A DNA stretch of 39,640 nucleotides from Candidatus Krumholzibacteriales bacterium (GTDB taxonomy: Bacteria; Krumholzibacteriota; Krumholzibacteriia; Krumholzibacteriales; WJIX01), in contig JAWODM010000005.1 of NCBI GenBank assembly GCA_046483305.1, forward strand, positions 1 to 39,640. Reading direction: 5' to 3'. The notes beneath the pieces are model-generated. The model did not search any database, was not told the DNA's origin, and saw nothing but the letters and a program-made list of their open reading frames with translations. Below, in pieces: positions 37,401-39,640 of the stretch (position 1 is the first letter of the stretch; each line of letters starts with the position of its first letter). The position numbers were made by a program, and so were the translations under genes.

Positions 37401-37625
37401 AATACCCTTGAGGTTATCCTCTATCTTGGTTACGATGCCTTCTTCCATCTCTTCCGGGGAAGCTCCAGGATAGCTGGCGTTAATGATTATGGTCCTGCTG
37501 GGTTGAGGGGGGAAGAAGGTAGTATTGAGGCTGGTGAAACCTACATAACCGAAAAGAAGGATAGCCACTATAAGGACGTTGCCGAGAATCGGATATTTTA
37601 TGAACGGTTTTATGATATTCTTCAA
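34446..37625 (-). CDS. RND efflux transporter permease subunit (AcrB/AcrD/AcrF family)
   Basis: YPGASPEE.E, GILVDDGIVIAEN, GIVVNDS, RFRPV.LTS.TT; 1059 aa. Confidence 0.95.
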   Translation of the reverse strand: MKNIIKPFIKYPILGNVLIVAILLFGYVGFTSLNTTFFPPQPSRTIIINASYPGASPEEMEEGIVTKIEDNLKGISGIERTTSVSRENFCYISIRVLTDYDTNIVLQDVKDAVNQISSFPLGMDRISIYRREPFTFAIDLMVTGDVDLKTLKWHGRQIERDLLAIDGISKVSLYGFPEEEIEIAVSEDALRAYGLTFGEILTAVRNANIKSTGGRIKGEEEELLIRADVKGYYAEELKNHVLRSNQQGTVVRIGDVATVSDRWSENPNRIYFNGKPAVRVSVDNTNKEDLFFIAERVKEYGEQFNSANRDVQTVVFRDGSEVIKERVNILLTNGMIGMILVILFLSLSLNPNISFWVAIGIPISFAGMLMIAPFYGLTINIMSLMAMILILGILVDDGIVIAENIYQHHERGEKPIPAAISGTVEVLPSVIASVLTTVVIFTTFFFLEGGLGDHTRDLAFVVIATLLLSLVEAAFILPSHIAHSRALCGKGKKSWLERHSNRILGWIRDRLYRPVLNSSIKFPAISIAVITALFAVTIGAFRGGILKTTFFPYIEGRAVSISLEMPAGTPAAVTDSLAAYIEKKVWETDLQYRESHGGDRLVKSVYRRVGSGTHQGAVYARLVGSEEREWKNMDAANAFRKSVGKIEGAETLSFGGSRRWGMPVTVALKSNNFEQLRGATDMLKTELEKMSQLKDIMDDDPPGLREVKVTLKEKAFALGLTTSEVVNQVRMGFFGGEAQRILRGIDEIKIWIRYGREDRSSLSDLENMRIRTPEGGSYPLNEIADLSIDRGVMAINHIDGQRVISVLADVTSTKASVPTLLSDIKANVMPKVVEKYPEVRYSFEGESYENQKTMDAIFRVVPAILIMMFLIIAVTFHSFGQAVIVFLLIPFSIIGVLWGHYIQGYIVSMLSMFGAIALMGIVVNDSLVLVTTLNRKLKSGQGYDEALFEAGISRFRPVVLTSLTTIAGLAPLVFERSHQAQFLSPMAISVAYGLLFGTILTLVMLPSMLKGFNLIKLNIFGLAKGEKLRERDVEAAVREERFIERQNRNGFSKDEGCSK

Positions 37626-38800
37626 TTTATTTCTCTTTCTTCGCTACCTTGCTTCTCCGCCGTTTTTCTTTCCCCTTCCTGTTCCTGGCCGGATAACTGG
37701 GGGAACACTGTCATTCCTACATAGGCCTTCACCGGCGGCTCGGTAACTATTCTGAGGCCCTCTTCCAGTCCCCTCACCACTACTTCTTTCTCCTGTACCG
37801 CCACTACATCCACATCGGCCTTGCTCAGGGTAGAATCCCTTAGAACCCACACCTTTCCATTTCCGGCCAGAGATTTACTGGGGACCACCATGACGTTTTC
37901 GAGCTTCCTGCTCCGCACCGATGCGGTCATGTAAAGCCCGTCCCGGAGCCGGCTGTCTCGGGTAGTAATGTAAACCTCCACTGTCTGTGTATTCCTGTCT
38001 ATTACATTATTTATCCGGCTGACGGTTCCCTCGAATTCCCCCGGGAGGTCGCGGCAGGTCAGCGCCGCGCCCATTCCCACCGATAGCAGTTCCGCCTCCT
38101 GCGGGCCGGCGGAGCCGATCATCTCATATATCTCGGTGCTTATGAATTCACCCAGCTTCTGGCCCTGCCTCACCAGGGTGCCGGGATTGATGTTGGAGGA
38201 AGTGACCACACCGTCGTAAGGAGCTGTGATCCTGTATTTCGCCAGGGTGGACTCCATGCTTTTGATGGTATAGAAGAGGTTATAGATGTTATGTGAAGCT
38301 ATGTAATACCGTTCCTTCTCTCTTCCCGGTTCGGGCAGCGGGGGCAGGGGTTTTTCGAGGCGGTATTTCTCCAGGTAGGACCTCCAGCGGTCCGCGCTTT
38401 CTGGAAAATCAATGGAAAGGTCGGGCAGCAGAACGGTCAGCTGGTTGAGCAGGCTGCTTTTCTGAGCCAGAAGGTTGTTCCGGTAGACACTGTCATCTAT
38501 GAGAATCAGCGTTTCTCCTTTTCTGAAGCTGTTACCCGGTTTGAAGCGTTTGCCGGTCGGCTGGAGCACTCCGCCGACTTCAGCATAAACCTCAACTCTG
38601 TCAAGCGCGCTCAGGGGCCCAGAAATAGTTACAGTCGTTCTCATATCCTTCTTTTCGGTGAGGATCGTTTTTACCCGCTGCGCTCTGTCCGGCCTTGACC
38701 TTCGGCTTACCGGCTGGCGCCGGCTGGTCAGGACCGCGCTTAGTATAATACCGATGACAATGATTAATCCGGCAGTGATTAAAGATTTGCGTCTGTTCAT
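37622..38800 (-). CDS. RND efflux membrane-fusion (periplasmic adaptor) protein
   Basis: N-terminal TM anchor, V.AEV.G, I.APYDGVV, G.VSRI; start placed at MNRRK (ORF track start is 38857). Confidence 0.88.
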   Translation of the reverse strand: MNRRKSLITAGLIIVIGIILSAVLTSRRQPVSRRSRPDRAQRVKTILTEKKDMRTTVTISGPLSALDRVEVYAEVGGVLQPTGKRFKPGNSFRKGETLILIDDSVYRNNLLAQKSSLLNQLTVLLPDLSIDFPESADRWRSYLEKYRLEKPLPPLPEPGREKERYYIASHNIYNLFYTIKSMESTLAKYRITAPYDGVVTSSNINPGTLVRQGQKLGEFISTEIYEMIGSAGPQEAELLSVGMGAALTCRDLPGEFEGTVSRINNVIDRNTQTVEVYITTRDSRLRDGLYMTASVRSRKLENVMVVPSKSLAGNGKVWVLRDSTLSKADVDVVAVQEKEVVVRGLEEGLRIVTEPPVKAYVGMTVFPQLSGQEQEGERKTAEKQGSEEREIN

Positions 38801-39004
38801 TATTTGTCTCTCTTTCGCGGCGACCTGCATTTTGAGTTCATTATTATGATAGTACAAATTAACTGAGGATTAGTTACAAATTTCTTATAATATACAAATG
38901 TCGTTTGACTTATCAAAAGGAGAAAAATCTCGGAAGGCCGGTATCTTGATCCCTTCCGAAAGGTTTATTAATCAGGGCTCCCTTCATTCCCGGTTTTTGA
39001 TAAC

Positions 39005-39033
39005 TTGACCTGAGTTTGTTATTTAAGTAGAAT
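39005..39033 (+). promoter_or_regulatory. Putative sigma70-type promoter
   Basis: TTGACC-17 nt-TAGAAT, about 50 nt before the acetyltransferase ATG. Confidence 0.5.
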
Positions 39034-39083
39034 TCCAATCGGCATTAAAATGAACCGGGCGGGCCGGATAGGGGGCGCTATCG

Positions 39084-39602
39084 ATGATTCTGGATGACCT
39101 GAGGCACAAAGCTTACTGCTATTACGAGGATTGCCGCTGGTGGAATATCGCAAGGGTTTTCTGCGCTGACGGAACATCCGCTGTAATATTGTACCGGATC
39201 GCCAAGTTCTTCCAGAGGATGAAGCTTGGATTTGCCGGTGCGCTGATTCTGAAGCTGAATAAGACCCTTAACTCCTGCGTGATTGGGCGGGGCGTCTCTT
39301 TCCAGGAGGGGTTTGTGTTGATGCATCCGGTAGGAGTGGTAATTAACGGAGGAGTGGCCGGGGGAAAGAAGGTGGTGCTGGAAAGCGGGGTGGTTCTCGG
39401 GGCGGCTCGCAACGGATTTCCGGTAGAGGTGCCGAAACTGGGCAGTGATATTTTCATCGGGTCGGGCGCAAAGGTAATAGGAAACATCACCCTGGGGAAT
39501 AATGTTACGGTAGGCGCAAATGCAGTGGTACTCAACGATGTTCCGGATAACAGTGTGGTGGTGGGTATACCGGCGCGGGAGGTCGGAAGGGAGCCGGAAT
39601 AG
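39084..39602 (+). CDS. Serine O-acetyltransferase-like hexapeptide-repeat acetyltransferase (WcaB/EpsC-like)
   Basis: HPVGVVI, P.LG..IFIG.GAKVIG.I.LG....GANAVV..DVP....VVG.PA. Confidence 0.88.
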   Translation: MILDDLRHKAYCYYEDCRWWNIARVFCADGTSAVILYRIAKFFQRMKLGFAGALILKLNKTLNSCVIGRGVSFQEGFVLMHPVGVVINGGVAGGKKVVLESGVVLGAARNGFPVEVPKLGSDIFIGSGAKVIGNITLGNNVTVGANAVVLNDVPDNSVVVGIPAREVGREPE

Positions 39603-39640
39603 ATCCCGGTGGTATTTTTCTTGCTGATTCCGTTCTATGA

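Overview
Bacterial chromosomal window, probably from an FCB-group organism (it has a PorV-family gene and a T9SS C-terminal-domain cargo protein). Left part: an HNH fragment, an exported glycogen-debranching-family enzyme, fetAB, a MITE-like element, a methyltransferase and trmO. An AT-rich ~5.8 kb island lies between the 3' end of trmO and a diverged second copy of that 3' end. The island carries an intact type I-E Cascade operon (cas8e-cse2-cas7-cas5-cas6e) with no cas3, only decayed scraps of cas1/cas2, and a degenerate 4-repeat array. Its three spacers are homologous to each other and are most conserved in the seed. This is the best candidate for an undescribed, repurposed, nuclease-less RNA-guided system. 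The rest is a nitroreductase, a TrmH-family methyltransferase, a large surface-polysaccharide locus (glycosyltransferases, flippase, ligase/polymerase, deacetylase, CapK-like ligase, carboxyethyl-ornithine synthase, Cys-less asparagine synthetase homologue, lyase-like protein), an RND efflux operon and an acetyltransferase. All calls come from reading motifs by eye; no searches were run.
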